A stretch of DNA of 63,943 nucleotides, the filler included, from Folioceros fuciformis (Eukaryota), in NCBI GenBank assembly GCA_049999805.1. It is 13 parts of 13 records of this genome, joined end to end, with 100 filler letters (N's around TTAATTAATTAA, not from the genome) between each part and the next. Parts side by side here need not be neighbours in the genome. Positions count along the whole stretch, not along the records: positions 18,664 to 30,585 come from JBNGIO010001399.1; positions 30,686 to 34,888 come from JBNGIO010001400.1; positions 34,989 to 44,768 come from JBNGIO010001401.1; 10 more parts are not named here. One strand, written 5' to 3'. The notes beneath the pieces are model-generated. The model made no database searches, was not told the DNA's origin, and saw only the letters and a list, made by a program, of their open reading frames with translations. The position numbers and the translations under genes are program-made. Shown here in pieces: positions 21,663 through 35,570 of this stretch (position 1 is the first letter of the stretch; every line of letters begins with the position of its first letter).

Positions 21663-24600
21663 ATGGAGCCAGATTTATGTGTAGAAAATGGGAGCATGAT
21701 CCGAGTGGCAGTGCTGGCAGTGGGGGACATGCCAGCAGCCTATCTTCGAGATTATCTTGCCATGGTGGTGCGTCACTCTCGGGTTGATTTAACCAGTGTC
21801 AGCTCCTTCTACACCGAACACCAGAAGAGTCCGTTTGCTCAAGAGCCCTGGGATACCGGTAGCCTGTACTTCAAATTCATGGTAGGCGGAGCTGCACGGT
21901 CGCCGTGGGAGGACTTCCAAGCTCAACGCAAGATTCTCGGGGTGATTGGTTTGTGTCATTGCCCGTTGTCTCCGGACATTGGTGCAGCTTACGATCAGTT
22001 CATGGGAGTATGTAGATCTTACCCCAGTGCCCTGGCGAAACGTTGCTTTGCCTTCAATCCAAGTGATGCACAGGTTTTTCTCTAACCTTGATCGGGAACC
22101 ATTTTGTGCAGACGGGGAAAACGGGAGAATTGAGCGTGCATGAATTTGACCAGATGGTATTGATGTGTTTCCCCGGATATCGTTGCCGCAGGTTGAGCAG
22201 GACGATAAGAAGAGGCAGCACCTGATAATGTTCCCTCCTGCCGACCGCCAGATGCTGGAAGTTCACATGCAGACTCTGATGCAGGATTTTGCCGCGTCGT
22301 TGCTGATGGAGTTTGAGAGCTGGGTGCTCCATGCGGAGCCTGTTGGGGCAATACTTACCACACCGCTTGACTCTCAAGCGTCTTTGAATTCCGAGGAGGT
22401 GCGTTGGAATCAGTATGCACTCTGAAGGGGTATATGTAGTGACGTGCTAAAAAATTCGGGTGTTGTCTGTCTCCTCTTGGTGACCTCATGATTGGTCCTG
22501 ATCCCGTCATGCGTGTGCGAGGATGTGTCTATAGACAAGGATGTCCCAGTTTTAAGGTACTGGTAGTTCTTTTGGCCATGCCACCCATTTCTTCACACTG
22601 GACGCACATTTCTCAGGTGAGTAGGGCAAAGAAGCGACGACTTGGGCGTGTTCAGAAGACTATCGGAGACTACTGCCTCCTTGCAGGCTCGCCTGTGGAT
22701 GCAAACGCCCACTATTCCACAGCGATAGAGCTTGCTCGATTGACATCCGATGTTTTCTGGCATGCTGGGGCACTGGAAGGCAGTATCTCTGCTCTTGTGG
22801 TGAGTGGTTTGTGACTCTGCGAGGCTCTTAAAGGGCATCATGCATTAACTCCTACGTAACTCATTTGATGGTTTGAAGTTGTGATATCAGTCTTGGGACT
22901 GCCTCACTTCTCCTGGTGTTTGTCAGTTAGATCGGTCAGGGAAGAGAGATGCCTTGCTGGAGGATGAAGTAAAACTTCGATATGCGGAGGTTATCCAACT
23001 TTATCGAAGGTGAACATGTTGCCCCTTATTTTGTAGAAAGGTCTGATCTGACACTGTGAACACTTCTGCCTAATCGGACGCTGGACACTTCTGCCATTCT
23101 TGTAGGCTATCAGCTGTATCTTTTGAGCTGGAGGCAACTCTGAAGCTTGCTCGATTTCTGGCCAGGTGAAACTCGTGGAGCAGTTTTATATTCTGACGCT
23201 GTTCATCGCATACAGCATGGTTGTTATGCCAGTTTCCCTTCTCCAAGGGGCGGGTTGTCTCTTTGCTCATATCACCATCTACCAATCATGTGGTTTGTAG
23301 GAGGGAGCTGGCTAGGGAAGTTGCCGACCTATTAATGGGAGTGGTTGATGGTTCAAAGAGTCTCATGGATGCAAGTGATCGTTTGGTTGTAAACGTGGAA
23401 GTTGCCCGTATTTATGGATCAGTAGGATATGAGCGTAAAGCTGCCTTCTTTGCCCGGCAAGTTGCCCAGCTCTATCTACAGCAGGACAGTCGATGGGCTG
23501 CAATTAGTGCATTGCAGGTTCTCTTGTTGACGTCCAAACCATTTCGCATTCAGTTGAGATCTGCAAGCTGGAAATCAGAGGTGAGTCAAAACGGAAGTTG
23601 TGTGGTAATTACATATGAGGGAGGGCTTAGGTGCAGGGCATCCTTCTCTGTGTGCATGAGGATGTGATCTTGGGTTGTGCCGCTCAGGATAATCAGCGAA
23701 CCCCACGGGATAACAAGACATTCAATCAACTTACAGTGTCTGGACTAGAAGGCCAGTGGAGCACTCTACAGATGGATGTTCTTGGTGACATGTTATCTGC
23801 TGCTGTTCGAGCAGGTGATCCATTGGCAGCTTGGTCGGCCGCAGCTTGTCTCCTCCGAAATCACTATCCACTGATAACCCCAAGCGCTCAAAGCGGTCTG
23901 GCTACGGCCCTCACAACGTCTGCTGAGCGGCTTCCTGCCGGAACACGTTGCTCTGACCCAGCACTGCCCTTTGTCAGGTTAGATCGTCTAACTCCTGAAC
24001 TACCGCACATGTGGGATTATGGGTTATGGAGGACGTGTTTTAAGATACAGACGTCCCACAGCTGTTGCTGACAGTATGGGGACTGTTTTGATCATTCAGG
24101 CTACACTCACACCCCGCCCGTCCATCTCACATGGATATAGTCAAACGGTCGCCAGGGCAGAAAAACTGGTGGTCAGGGTCCCGCTCATCTGGTCCTTTCA
24201 TCTATTCCCCTTTTGCTGGCAGAGGAGGTGATTCACGCAAATCAGAAGTGGTCTGGATAGTTGGAGAGCCGGTCCAAGTTCTTGTCGAGTTGGCAAACCC
24301 ATGTGCTTTTGAGGTGTTTGTCGACAGTATTTGCCTTTCTGTCGGAACTGGAGAGTTCGAAGCTTTTCCTATTTCTGCCAGTCTCCCTTCTAACACGACA
24401 CAAATATTGACACTATCAGGCATTCCTCTTTCCGTCGGTTCTTTGACTGTTAGAGGATGCTTTGTTCACTGTTTTGGGGTGACGACGGAGCATCTTTTTG
24501 AAGATGTAAGCGACATATTATCTGGAGCGGCAAGAGGTTTGATACTAGTTGATCCCTTTAGAAGTGGCGGAGGACCAAGGGTGCGTCCCCAACCTAACAC

Positions 24601-26367
24601 AGGGATAATGGTAATGCCTCCTTTGCCACTATTGATTGCTCAAGTGGTTGGAGGCGAGGGGGCTGTCGTCCTTTATGAAGGAGAGATTCGTGAGCTTCAA
24701 ATAAGCCTTGGGAATGCTGGTGTTGTCCCTGTGTTGGAGGCAAATATGTCGTTGACTGGCAAGTATAGAGAGCATGTTCTCTCCATAGGACATGATGCAC
24801 TGGAGGCAGCATTACCTTTGCAGCCGGGAGCTACTGTGGTTGTGCCTGTGACCTTGAAAGCTGGCCAGCCAACTCCAGATACTGACAACTCTCCTGGGAA
24901 TGCATGGAGAACTCCAAAGGAAAGCACAAGCCCAATGCTGGTCATTCATTATGCAGGTTAGCCTTCTCTTCTTTTCGTACCACAGGTCCTGGGTGTACGG
25001 TATCCTATTAGCTTCTTCGTGATTTAACCCTTGAGAGATGTTTGATTTTCTGTGTGAATTTTTCTGATTCAGGGCCTGCTGTAGTACCTGGAGAGTATGG
25101 AGATAGTTCCGCAGAGCTTCCCCCAGGTCGAAGATTGGTTCTTCCATTGCATTTAAATGTATTGCAAGGTTTATGTCTGGTTCAGGCGAGGCTGCTGTCC
25201 ATGGAGGTCCCCGCGCAAATAAGCAGATCCCTTCCAGATCCAGCTTCTGCTGCAGTAAGCAAAGATGCCACAGAGGGCTTGGTAAAGATGGATCCGTACC
25301 GCGGCAGTTGGGGATTGCGACTGTTGGAGTTGGAACTGCTCAATGCCACTGACGTCCTATTCGAAATAACTGTTGGGGTCAGACAGCGACCAGACGAAGA
25401 AAAGACTGGGAATGGTTCAGATAGCGAAGTGTTATATCCGAGTACCAGGATAGACAGAGATTATTCTGCAAGAGTACTGGTCCCCCTCGAGAGATTCAAG
25501 TTGCCAGTCTTTGACAAAGCATACTTGGGGAGGACATCATTACGCAAGGACGGCATGACTAAGCAAAATGCAAACTCGACGAGCAATGCAGACAGGCAAA
25601 CGAAAGCAGAGTTGACTGCTACCATAAATGAGCTGAGCTCACGCATATGTGTGAAATGGTGCTCGGGACGAAATAGTTCCGGCGAGCTGCCTATGAAAGA
25701 TGCTATTCGGGAAGCTCTACAATCCTCTGCAATAGAAATTCTGCTTCCAGATCCTCTGACATTTGGATTTCGTCTTGCTAAATCTACAAACTCTACAGGG
25801 AAAGTAAGTGAAACAGTGGTGAGACCTCTGCATACGAGTGGGTCTAGAAAAGGGGACATGGTCACGCTGGAAAGGAGGATGGAAGATTTCATATCGGCGC
25901 GTGAGGTGACAAAGTTTGAAATTCTTGTGCGCAACAACACGAAAGAAGCGGTTGCTATGACCCTGAGTGTCACTTGCCGAGATGTAGCTGGAGCAACTTG
26001 CCTTGGCAGTGGCAGTAAATTCACTGTTTTATGGGCCGGTAAGCTAGTCTGTTTTGATATAACTGAAGTTCTTTTCCGGCAAGTGCAGTAGATATCCGAG
26101 CTTTGCCCATATTTGTATGGCTTGCATGCAGGTGCTTTAAATGGCATTGACGTAGAGGTGGCTCCTTTAAGGGAAGTGGTCCATGCCTTCGCCCTGTGTT
26201 TCTTGGTTCCTGGTGAATATACATTGCTTGGGGCTGCGGTTATACATGATACGGTGGAAGATATTGGACCTGAAGCGAAGTTCACTCAGCCGAACAGTAG
26301 CAATGATCCACCTCCGTTGTGCTATAGTGGACCACCTTTCAAGGTACGGGTTGTGGGGACGAGCTAG
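21663..26367 (+). CDS. TRS120: TRAPP II complex-specific subunit TRS120 (TRAPPC9), multi-exon
   Basis: MEPDLCVENGSMIRVAVL, YTEHQKSPF, SPWEDFQAQRKILGVIG, RRLGRVQKTIGDYCLLAGSPVDANAHY, GPFIYSPF, LVKMDPYRGSWGLRLLELEL, FLVPGEYTL. Consistent short GT-AG introns; stop at 26365-26367. Confidence 0.95.
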
Positions 26368-27548
26368 GAAATCCTACCCTTGAGCCAGGAAGGAGGATGA
26401 TTCTCGGCTGAGGAAGCCAACGTGGCGTCAGGTGTCATACATGTCAAGAGCGCTGCTGGAGCCTGGGAATATACTGAGTGTTGTCCGCAGATATGACGAG
26501 AGCAGACATCCTTTTTACGGTAACAAGCATCACACCTGGGCCATGGTGTCGTGTGCATGGCTGCCACCAGCAAGTGTCTAACAACGTCGTACCAAATGCA
26601 GGATATTGCTCACACCACCCAGGGTGACACTCCACCGCCTTAAATTTCTTGGATGTGTTCTCGACCATAACGATGGATTCCAGAAACGTAGAACAAGGGG
26701 GAGGTGAAGTCTCGCAACTGTTCTTATTGTGGTCCTCATATGAACTGAAGATACGTGGACGAAGTATGATGATATGCCTCAGAGCATCGGGATCCTAGAC
26801 GTAGGGTGAATGTAGGTGCCCATTGTTATCCAGAACGTGTCCTTTAAGAACTCGCTCTCCAAAGTGTCCTGTGTGTGAGGACTCTCTCTTCCATGGACTG
26901 TGCTCCTCCAGTGACCCTGTGAAGTATCTAGGTAAGTGCTTGTCGTGTGGTTCGAAAGCATATAGTGCTATCAAATTAGCGTACGCCGATAGTCTTTCAC
27001 GTTTGACACATTCAAGGAGCCCCTTATTCAGATGCTTTCACGTGTCGAACCGTAACGGGGCCGTGGCACGAGAATGATGTCTTTCTGCGGGCGAGTGTTC
27101 TGCTATAATTGGAATGGGGTCAGTTCTACAATGTGACTCCAACACCATGTTCGAGTACATCTTGCACAAGTGCCAATGCATAAAGACAATGGCGCAAGAG
27201 GCACATCTGGCGTAACTGCCCAAGGTTTCGCCACTGTCCTTCCAGCTACCGTTCTGCCCTAACTGTGAACTCACACGGTCTTATATAACACTCTTCGTTC
27301 GCCATTGCTCGCCCTGCCGCCGCATCCTACCTCCGCTTCAGCCGCGTTCGTCAGGTTGGACCACCGATTCTCCTTTTCTGTAGATCTGTTGCCCTTGCTC
27401 CCTTTTGTGCATCCGCTCGTGTTTTCGTTTTTGCCTTGTTCCGCCTTGTGGCTGCCGCGGCGGAGGTGGAGATGGAGCGGCTGTGGGTGCGAGAGCAGCT
27501 CTGGATGCATGTCTTATTTGTTGCTGTTGGTGTAGTGCATCCACAGCC

Positions 27549-28064
27549 ATGCCGAACCCGCGAGTATTCTTCGACATCACCATCGGTGGCGCTCCCACCG
27601 GGAGAATTGTGATGGAGCTGTACGCCGATACCACTCCCAAGACTGCTGAGAACTTCCGCGCCCTGTGCACCGGCGAGAAGGGGATCGGCAAGTCCGGCAA
27701 GCCGCTCCACTTCAAGAACTCTGGCTTCCACCGCGTCATCCCTGATTTCATGTGCCAAGGTGGAGACTTCACCCGCGGGAACGGGACTGGCGGGGAGTCC
27801 ATCTACGGCGAGAAGTTTGCGGACGAGAACTTTAAGAGGAAGCACACCGGCGCTGGAGTCCTCTCCATGGCTAATGCCGGCCCGAACACTAACGGCTCGC
27901 AGTTTTTCTTGTGCACCGTGGCCACACCGTGGCTCGACGGCAAACACGTCGTGTTTGGCCAGGTCGTGGAAGGCATGCAAGTGGTCAAGGCTATCGAGGC
28001 CGTCGGCAGCAGCAGTGGCAAGTGCAAGAAGCCTGTGGTGATTGCCGACAGTGGCCAACTCTAG
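27549..28064 (+). CDS. Cytosolic cyclophilin peptidyl-prolyl cis-trans isomerase (171 aa, intronless CDS)
   Basis: [14 protein letters not shown]…[16 protein letters not shown]…[16 protein letters not shown]…[15 protein letters not shown]…[13 protein letters not shown] probable 5'-UTR intron (~27356-27535) explains the apparent ORF extension. Confidence 0.98.
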   Translation: MPNPRVFFDITIGGAPTGRIVMELYADTTPKTAENFRALCTGEKGIGKSGKPLHFKNSGFHRVIPDFMCQGGDFTRGNGTGGESIYGEKFADENFKRKHTGAGVLSMANAGPNTNGSQFFLCTVATPWLDGKHVVFGQVVEGMQVVKAIEAVGSSSGKCKKPVVIADSGQL

Positions 28065-28380
28065 AGTGTTTAGTAGCGGACCTCTCGTTTAGTAGGGTGA
28101 ACTGGTGCGGAGGCTATGATACTTTTTTTCCTGAGATGTTTTCCTAGGTGACGCGGTCTGCAGGTTGTTTCTTCTGCTTTCTGCAGCAGCTTGTGTCTGG
28201 ACACCTACTGGCGCTCTCCGCTATTTCGCTGTCTTGTTATCTCTGTATATCTGTCGCATTAATTGCGAGTAGGTGTACATTTTGAAAACTTGTCTTTGTG
28301 CATTCTGCCTCACGCGTTTATCTTTCTTTTGAGATAATGAATTGCACACTACGCAATGTCGGCAAAAGAGGAAGATGAGC

Positions 28381-30585
28381 TTAGAAATCAAAAAGCATAG
28401 CCCAGAAGCCTGCTACAACTGCAAGCAACATGAGTACGGTGCCACCTATCGACAATGAAAGCTGCAGCCGTCGCCGTCTACTTGGCCGCATGTATGGAGC
28501 CAACACCGAAAGTAAAGTTTTTAATATAGCTTGGCCATCTAGGTAAAAGACCTGCACGTACAGAAAGCAATATCTTGATTAATTTTCTTGTCAGCCAGGA
28601 CGCTCGCAAATGAAGCAGACGCAGGTGAGCGGACTTACAGGTATGCTGTTCGCCACAGCAATTCCAGCTGAGTACTGGAGGATGTAAGTCACCAACTTCA
28701 CCAGCATGTATGGGAGCCACAGTGGAGCCGACACAATTACGCTGGCTATGGTTGCCACAGTTCGTGGTCGATAATTGCCAATGGTCAACTCTTCTGCCAA
28801 CCTCTCTGGTGTGCCCACCAAGCTGAAGTGGTCAACACAGGGACGTGAAGTATCTGCAGCATGAGAGGAGGTGGAGACACCTCTGGAATCAAGGGATTTC
28901 GCAGGCTTGTCAGTGCAGTGCTTCGATCGCACAAATGTCAGTGTCAGCAAGGTTTCACCAGTGTTGAGCTCAGGTTGCAGACACTGTTCACCCTGGAGAT
29001 GGAAGCAGTACGGCACAGTGAGTATGCTGGGTCAGAGCAACAGAGTAAATGACAGAACACGCTGGAGAGCATGAATACCACCTTGTTGCAAGAACAGTTG
29101 TCACTGATGGAAGAAGCACCTAGAGGGCGTCCACACTTGGGATTCCGGAGCATAGCTTGTTTGTCGAGGCAGAGTCCATTCACATCCTTTCTCTCATCCA
29201 GATGCACTTCGTTGTGGGCCTCAGTACATCTCACTTCACGGAAGAAATGTCTTCCATCTGGGCAGTTTGACTGATCAGTTTGATTCCACTGGCCCTCCCA
29301 TAACAAGTACTTGCTGGTGATGTTCAGCTGTGTCAAATGTGTCCTGAGGCCCTGTTTTGCTAGAGCCTTCAGGGTTCCATGCATTACCTCCCTCCCTTGC
29401 TTTTCCTGCATAGTCAAGCTACTCTTGATATCACTTGCAGGCACACAAAAGCCTCCCATGGGAAGCAGGTTCTTGTGCATCCGATTCAACTCTAGAAACC
29501 AATCATGAGAGTTCAATATTTTCTGGTCGTTTATATGCAAGATCATGTCACCTGGGCTTATATGCCCTGCAACAGGAGATCCAGATGAAACGGAAAGAAC
29601 CTGCGTGACCGGGAGCATCCCATCATGCATTTAGTGCTGAGCATGGTTGAAGAATTTAGAGAAAAAGAAAGGTAGTCGAAAAGTTGAACCGTACTTACCA
29701 CAGCTCCATTGCCATGAGAGTAGGACGGATACAGAAAGAAGGGCAGTAGCGACAACAGAAGCCAACAGACTGCACAGCACTGAGAAGACATTTATGCACC
29801 AGATATGAGGCTGCATTCCCCGCCTTGTGATGTAACATAACAATTGCTACCAACCAAAACATTCATTTGCACAGAACTTCGGAGCGCAACGTTACAGTGA
29901 GTCAGCTAACACAAGAAGCTAGTGATCCTCAGAATGCCAGTCATCTGGGCGGTTCTCTGCAATGCACGGATTCATGGATGGTTGACAAGAACAAAAGCGA
30001 AGGAGCAAAAACACTGTACCACTGCATTATGCCATATGCCAGCACAGAGGATGCGTAGTGTGCGGAAACTGGACAGTAGTTGGAGGGTTTCACGCTTTAT
30101 TACAACTAGCGCCCCTGGGAATAATACAAAGGCCAGGAATACTTCTAGATGCTCGATAGCAACTCCTTCACTGCACTCCCTCAACAACAAAACTGTAACA
30201 ACTCCATGCTTCAGGTTGTCAAAACACGAGAGTTCAAAAGAGATATGCCTTTCGAACAAAACAACTACAAAGATGCGAACAGTTGCTCGACAGAATGTTG
30301 GCTGTGTGGAGAAATGACCAGCAGCCAGATCAGAAGTTTGTTACTCCACAGGAATGACGACAAAAAACGCCAGCTAATTCAGAAAACAGACCTTGCAGCT
30401 GCTATCCCATGGCCAAATTCATGGATTCCAATCGCTACAGCCAATGAAATTGCGAGGTATCCCACATCAGTCAAAGGCACGTTCACCCCTGGTATCTGTT
30501 ACAACTTCTAGAGTCAGACTGGTCACGACAATTTGAACGCTGGAGAACCATGGCATAAGGCATGAACAACGCACCACAGCCGCTA
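28381..30585 (-). CDS. S2P: Site-2 protease (MBTPS2-like, peptidase M50), 5'-truncated
   Basis: IGIHEFGHG (HExxH) near 30400-30440, FPGALV, ILCAGIWHN, PDZ-like SPVAGHISPGDMI, spliced NSIP|VFYLDG motif and a C-terminal TM segment; stop at 28381-28383. Confidence 0.9.
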
Positions 30586-30777
30586 NNNNNNNNNNNNNNN
30601 NNNNNNNNNNNNNNNNNNNNNNNNNNNNNTTAATTAATTAANNNNNNNNNNNNNNNNNNNNNNNNNNNNNNNNNNNNNNNNNNNNTTGATGAGTTGAGGA
30701 GGGAGGTAGACTTACGGGTATGCAGCTGGGTGCGGCTTTGTTTGCATTCGCTTCTCACGGTGCTGGTGTGATTGCAG

Positions 30778-33700
30778 GCCCTTGCCGAGGAAGGGAAGTC
30801 CAGGTATCAGGACAAAGTGGTTTTTCAAGTGGTTGATTTGGTAAGGAAGGAGCGGGGGAGTACGGACGGTTGAGTCCTGTGTGAATTCTGGATGCGGTGT
30901 AGCGGAGGGGAGATCTTGTCTGTGGTTAAGTGTCGTTCTTTGCCGTGTTCTGTTGCAGGATGACTACGGTACTGATGACGATCACTACAAGGAGAAACTA
31001 GCCAAGGAGTCGCTTGCGCTGTTCATGATTGCCACGTGCGTACAGGCTGATCCTGCGAGTTGTTGGCTGTAAGTCCTCGTTTTATTCTTCCGGGGGATGG
31101 TTCTGATGATGAGTTTCTGCATTGCATTCGCAGCTATGGGGACGGTGAGCCTACCGATAACGCTGCTAGGTTCTTCAAGTGGCTTGAATCCCTGCCTGAG
31201 GTATGTGTGGATTCACTGTGCCGCTGCTCTGGAAACCCCTGCTTCTGTGGTATTGCTGATTTCATTGTCCGGCTGGCAAGGAAACCCTTGCTCCGTGTTG
31301 TTCACACCCCTGTCCTCTTTCTGGTGATTCAGGACGGAGATGAACAACTGCTTTCGGCAATGACATATGGCATCTTTGGCCTTGGCAACCGACAGTATGA
31401 GCATTTCAACAAGGTGAATTCTCTAGTCTGGTGGTGTGCCCCCAGTACCAGTAGCTCAATGCTTGCGTGTTGGGTAAGTCCTCAAGTCCTGTGGGCCACG
31501 TTGGTGACCTATGTGACCAATGTTGTGCAGGTTGCGTTGGTGATGGACAAGAGTTTTGCCTCCCATGGTAAGCACTTGTCGAGCTGTCTGCGACAGTCTT
31601 TTTCCCAGCCACGAAACTCGCTGGTCTGAGACAGGGCCTCGTTTCCCGAGTGCAGGTGGCAATAGATTGATTGAGTGTGGACTTGGCGATGATGATCAGT
31701 GTATTGAGGATGATTTCACCGCATGGTAAGGACTATGCACCCTTGGGAATTTAACGTCATTTATAGGCTACGTGCTTATTTTCACGTCTGTTAGTGTCAA
31801 CCGCCATTGATCGTGTTTCTGTCTGTCGCAGGCGTGAACAGCTGTGGCCTCTTCTTGACCCGCTGCTTAGGGATGAAGATGATGACGGAAATGATGCCAC
31901 CCCCTACACAGCCAGCATTGCCGAGTACAGGACTGTCTTCCACGACAAGGGGACCAAACTGCACGAGGAAGCTTATGCAGTCCATATGAACGGGAAAATT
32001 GGTTACGACGTCCACCATCCTGCCAGGTCTTTCTCGAACTGAGCCAGCAATGTCTTTTCTCCTCGGTCTGCCATGAAACAGCATGGATGCTTACCCATTC
32101 TCCGCGTGTTTTAGGGCAATTGTTGCTGTGCGGAGGGAGCTTCATACTCCACTTTCTGACCGATCATGTATACACTTGGAGTTCGACGTGGGCAAGACTG
32201 GACTGACGTAAGTTGCACTGTGTGAAGGCATTGCGTTGCACCTGCTCCACGGTTGCCATCAGAGGTTTACTTTTTTCTTGGTTCTACAGATATGAAACCG
32301 GTGATCATGTGGGTGTATATGCTGAGAACACTGTTGAGAGCGTGGAGGAGGCTGCGACCCTGCTTGGATATCCGTTGGATACTATTTTCTCCCTGCATGT
32401 AGATGCCGTGAATGGTGAGGCTCTTACAGGGGGCAGTGCTTCTCTCCCGGCTCCTTTCCTTGGACCCTGCACTCTCGAGCATGCGCTTGCCCGGTATGCG
32501 GATCTCACGAACCCTCCGAAGAAGGTATGGCCTCCTTAACTGACAGCTGCATGTGATCTGCATCGTTGTGGGCTTGTCTTTGACCCGTTGTTTCGGAACC
32601 AAAAATTTCTGAGTTTGGAAGGTGATTGCAGGCTGTACTGGCTGTGCTCGCTGCCTACGCTGGTGCTCCTCAGGAGGTCGAGCGGCTTAAACATCTCGCA
32701 TCTCCTGCTGGAAAGGTTGGGCCTGCACATCCTTTCACTGACTGCCTGTGGGGGTGAGAATTGTGCTGGTGAGGTCTGTGCACGTGACGTTGAGCCTTAG
32801 ACGCTTCGACTCGTGTCTCTTGCCAGGATGATTTTGCCCAGTGGGTTGCCGCCGACCAGCGAAGCTTGTTGGAGGTTCTTTCCCATTTCAAGTCTGTCAA
32901 GCTTCCTCTTGGGGTGTTCTTTGCGTCGGTTTCCCCTCGGCTTCAACCCCGCTATTATTCCATTTCTTCTTCCCCACGGTGCGTGACTCTTTCGGAGTAG
33001 GTTGCAGCCATGTGCATTGAACTTTCCTGGTTGCTCTGACATGGCCTTTCTGCCTCTTCTGTTAGATATTCGCCTACAAGGATTCATGTCACCTGCGCTT
33101 TAGTGTATGGGCCAAGTCCAACTGGTCGGATCCACAGGGGTGTTGCCTCTACCTGGATGAAGGTAAGGAGGCTAGTCTCTCACGTCCGAGCGCCCGATAC
33201 TCGCTTGTTTTGGGCTTTTTGAGAGACGACTTCGACTTTGCTTGAACTCTGTGACTGCAGCAATCCATCCCTGCAGCAGAGAGCGACCAGCATGCGTGCA
33301 GTTGGGCTCCTATTTTCGTTAGGCAGTCTAATTTCAGGCTACCTTCAGATCCATCGATCCCAATTGTCATGATCGGACCTGGCACTGGGCTGGCACCTTT
33401 CAGAGGCTTCTTGCAGGTGAGCGTCGTCATTCCAACGTCTCTCTGCCGCCCAGGGTATGCATTCCAAGGGCAGAAGCTAATCTTCATAACGGCTGCTTGC
33501 CTGTCTGCAGGAAAGGGCAGCATTGCAAGACCTCGGGGAGAAGCTTGGTCCTGCAATCCTCTTCTTTGGGTGTCGAACTCGGAAGCAGGCATGTACCTGC
33601 CCGGTTCTCGTTTCCTCACTCTACTCTCACGCCTCATCATCGTCTCTTAAATTGGTAACGCTTTGTGCAGGATTACATTTATGAAGAGGAGCTGAACTCT

Positions 33701-34166
33701 TACCTTCAGAAGGGGACAATCAGTGCCCTGCATGTAGCCTTCTCCCGGGAAAGGACGGCCAAGGAGTACGTCCAACACAAGTTGCAACAAGAGGTATATC
33801 TCTCTCACGCGCCCAGTACCTCATTTCCCTCTGCCGGTTTCAAACATCAGTATTCTGATGTGCTGTGTCTCGAACGCAGGCAAAGAACTTCTGGAGTTTG
33901 ATCGCCGATGGCGGCTACCTCTACGTTTGCGGCGACGCGAAGGGAATGGCAAAGGATGTGCACCGCACCTTGCACACAATCGTGATTGAGCAGGTGCGAA
34001 TTTCTGACTCCCAGAGCTTCCTCTCGACAGACAACAACGTCACAGCTCTTTGCATCACGCGCTGAAATTTGTCATTCTGGTGCAGGAAAACGTGAATTCT
34101 TCTAAGGCCGAGTCCATGGTGAAGAAGCTACAGATGGACGGCCGCTACTTGAGGGATGTGTGGTAA
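30778..34166 (+). CDS. CPR: NADPH-cytochrome P450 reductase, 5'-truncated, many short introns
   Basis: [83 protein letters not shown], terminal GRYLRDVW*. Confidence 0.97.
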
Positions 34167-34611
34167 CAACATAAACGACATAATCGTAGGTGACTCTGAT
34201 CGTAACCTGTAGACAGCACCAGCAGCAGTAGAGTAAGTCTTGGCCCACTTGGCGTTACTCTCAATTTTGGGTCGGGCTTGCACCACCGCATTCAGGTGAC
34301 GTCGGCTGAAAATTCTCGACGCCAATTTTTTTCCCTGGGGGATATGTATCCAATAATATGAGGACCTAGCCACGCGCTACCTACCCCTGGACCTTCCTGT
34401 CTACCGGTAGTAACTTGCTACTGGTACGTTAGACGTCCATAGCCTACTTGCCGTAAAGGGAGCGGATTTGGCCTGGCTCCTGGTAATGTAATGTAACCTT
34501 GATGAGCACCTTCTGGGAGTAAAGCCAGGTTCACTGTGGTTCCATTGGCAAGAAACTTGTCGTCCCGTGTGCATGATATGCATCTGTGTCCGATGGAATG
34601 CGTTGCACGCG

Positions 34612-34888
34612 ATGGCGGCGGCGACGCTGTCTTCCGCGCACAGCGTCTCAGCACAGCGGCAGCTATCCGTCGGGCCGCGGCAGCCATTTGCAATGCAGGG
34701 TCGCGTCTCGGTCGTGAATTGGCGGTGTGATGCGGCTCGGGAAGGGCAGGTGGAGCTGAGCAGGAAGGAGGCGCACCACGCCCGGAAGAAGGAAGAGTGG
34801 AAGAAGGCTCGCAGAATCCGGAAGCGGGAGGAAGTCCGCAAGGCCATCACCGCACAGCTCCAGAAAATCCACCAGGAGCTGCGCTGGA
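34612..34888 (+). CDS. 5' end of an unidentified gene with a transit-peptide-like N-terminus, cut by contig edge
   Basis: MAAATLSSAHSVSAQRQLSV… followed by a basic helical segment; the frame is open to the linker. Confidence 0.4.
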
Positions 34889-35382
34889 NNNNNNNNNNNN
34901 NNNNNNNNNNNNNNNNNNNNNNNNNNNNNNNNTTAATTAATTAANNNNNNNNNNNNNNNNNNNNNNNNNNNNNNNNNNNNNNNNNNNNAAGGCGTGCAAG
35001 CCGACATCCCTGTGCTCCTTCCTCCATCCCCTAGGTACACCAGGGATGTCAACAGGAAGGTGCTGACATGCCGACGCCAGCAAGATCAGATCATATCCTC
35101 GAGAATGAGGCAGGCCTTGTTGGTGAAGCAAGTACGTGCTCTCTGTTTGTCAGGCTGTAGATTGGGTGGTACAAATAGTGACGCAGGATATGGCATGCGT
35201 ATTTTCCGTGTTCTTGGCATGCTGGATTTATGGACTAAACCTTGGGTTGCTTTTTCATGGCAGATGGTGAAAGAGTTGTTTCAGGGTTGACGCCAGTATT
35301 CTGTAGGTCTACAGGAGGGTATGCCTGGCATCTAAGATGATACTGCGCTGAGCTGCTGATAACTTGTTTTGCTGCTTCCATT

Positions 35383-35570
35383 GTGGGCAAGGTCCTCAGC
35401 AGGTTCACCACTTGCAAAATCCCCAAGGTTTTGATGGGTCTGCCGAATCCCAAGAATTGGCAAGAGCTGTTGTATGTGACAGATCTGAAAAGTGGTCGCT
35501 ACATGTCATGTGTCAAGCCACCAGAATATTTGCATCAAACCTCAATCCAAAGATGGCTCAAGTCCGGTTC
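35383..35570 (+). pseudogene. Bystin (ENP1) gene fragment, frameshifted
   Basis: VGKVLSRFTTCKIPKVL…NWQELLYVT, then a frame change to EKWSLHVMCQATRIFASNL, the conserved bystin core. Confidence 0.8.

Noticed and set aside
25461-26285. 274-aa minus-strand ORF
   Set aside because: Antisense shadow of TRS120 exons.
27351-28058. 235-aa antisense ORF and a 48-aa N-terminal extension of cyclophilin
   Set aside because: Antisense frames over GC-rich cyclophilins are common; the extension starts at a non-ATG codon inside a probable 5'-UTR intron.
28381-34166. S2P and CPR as a sterol- or ER-related gene cluster
   Set aside because: They lie on different contigs separated by a linker.
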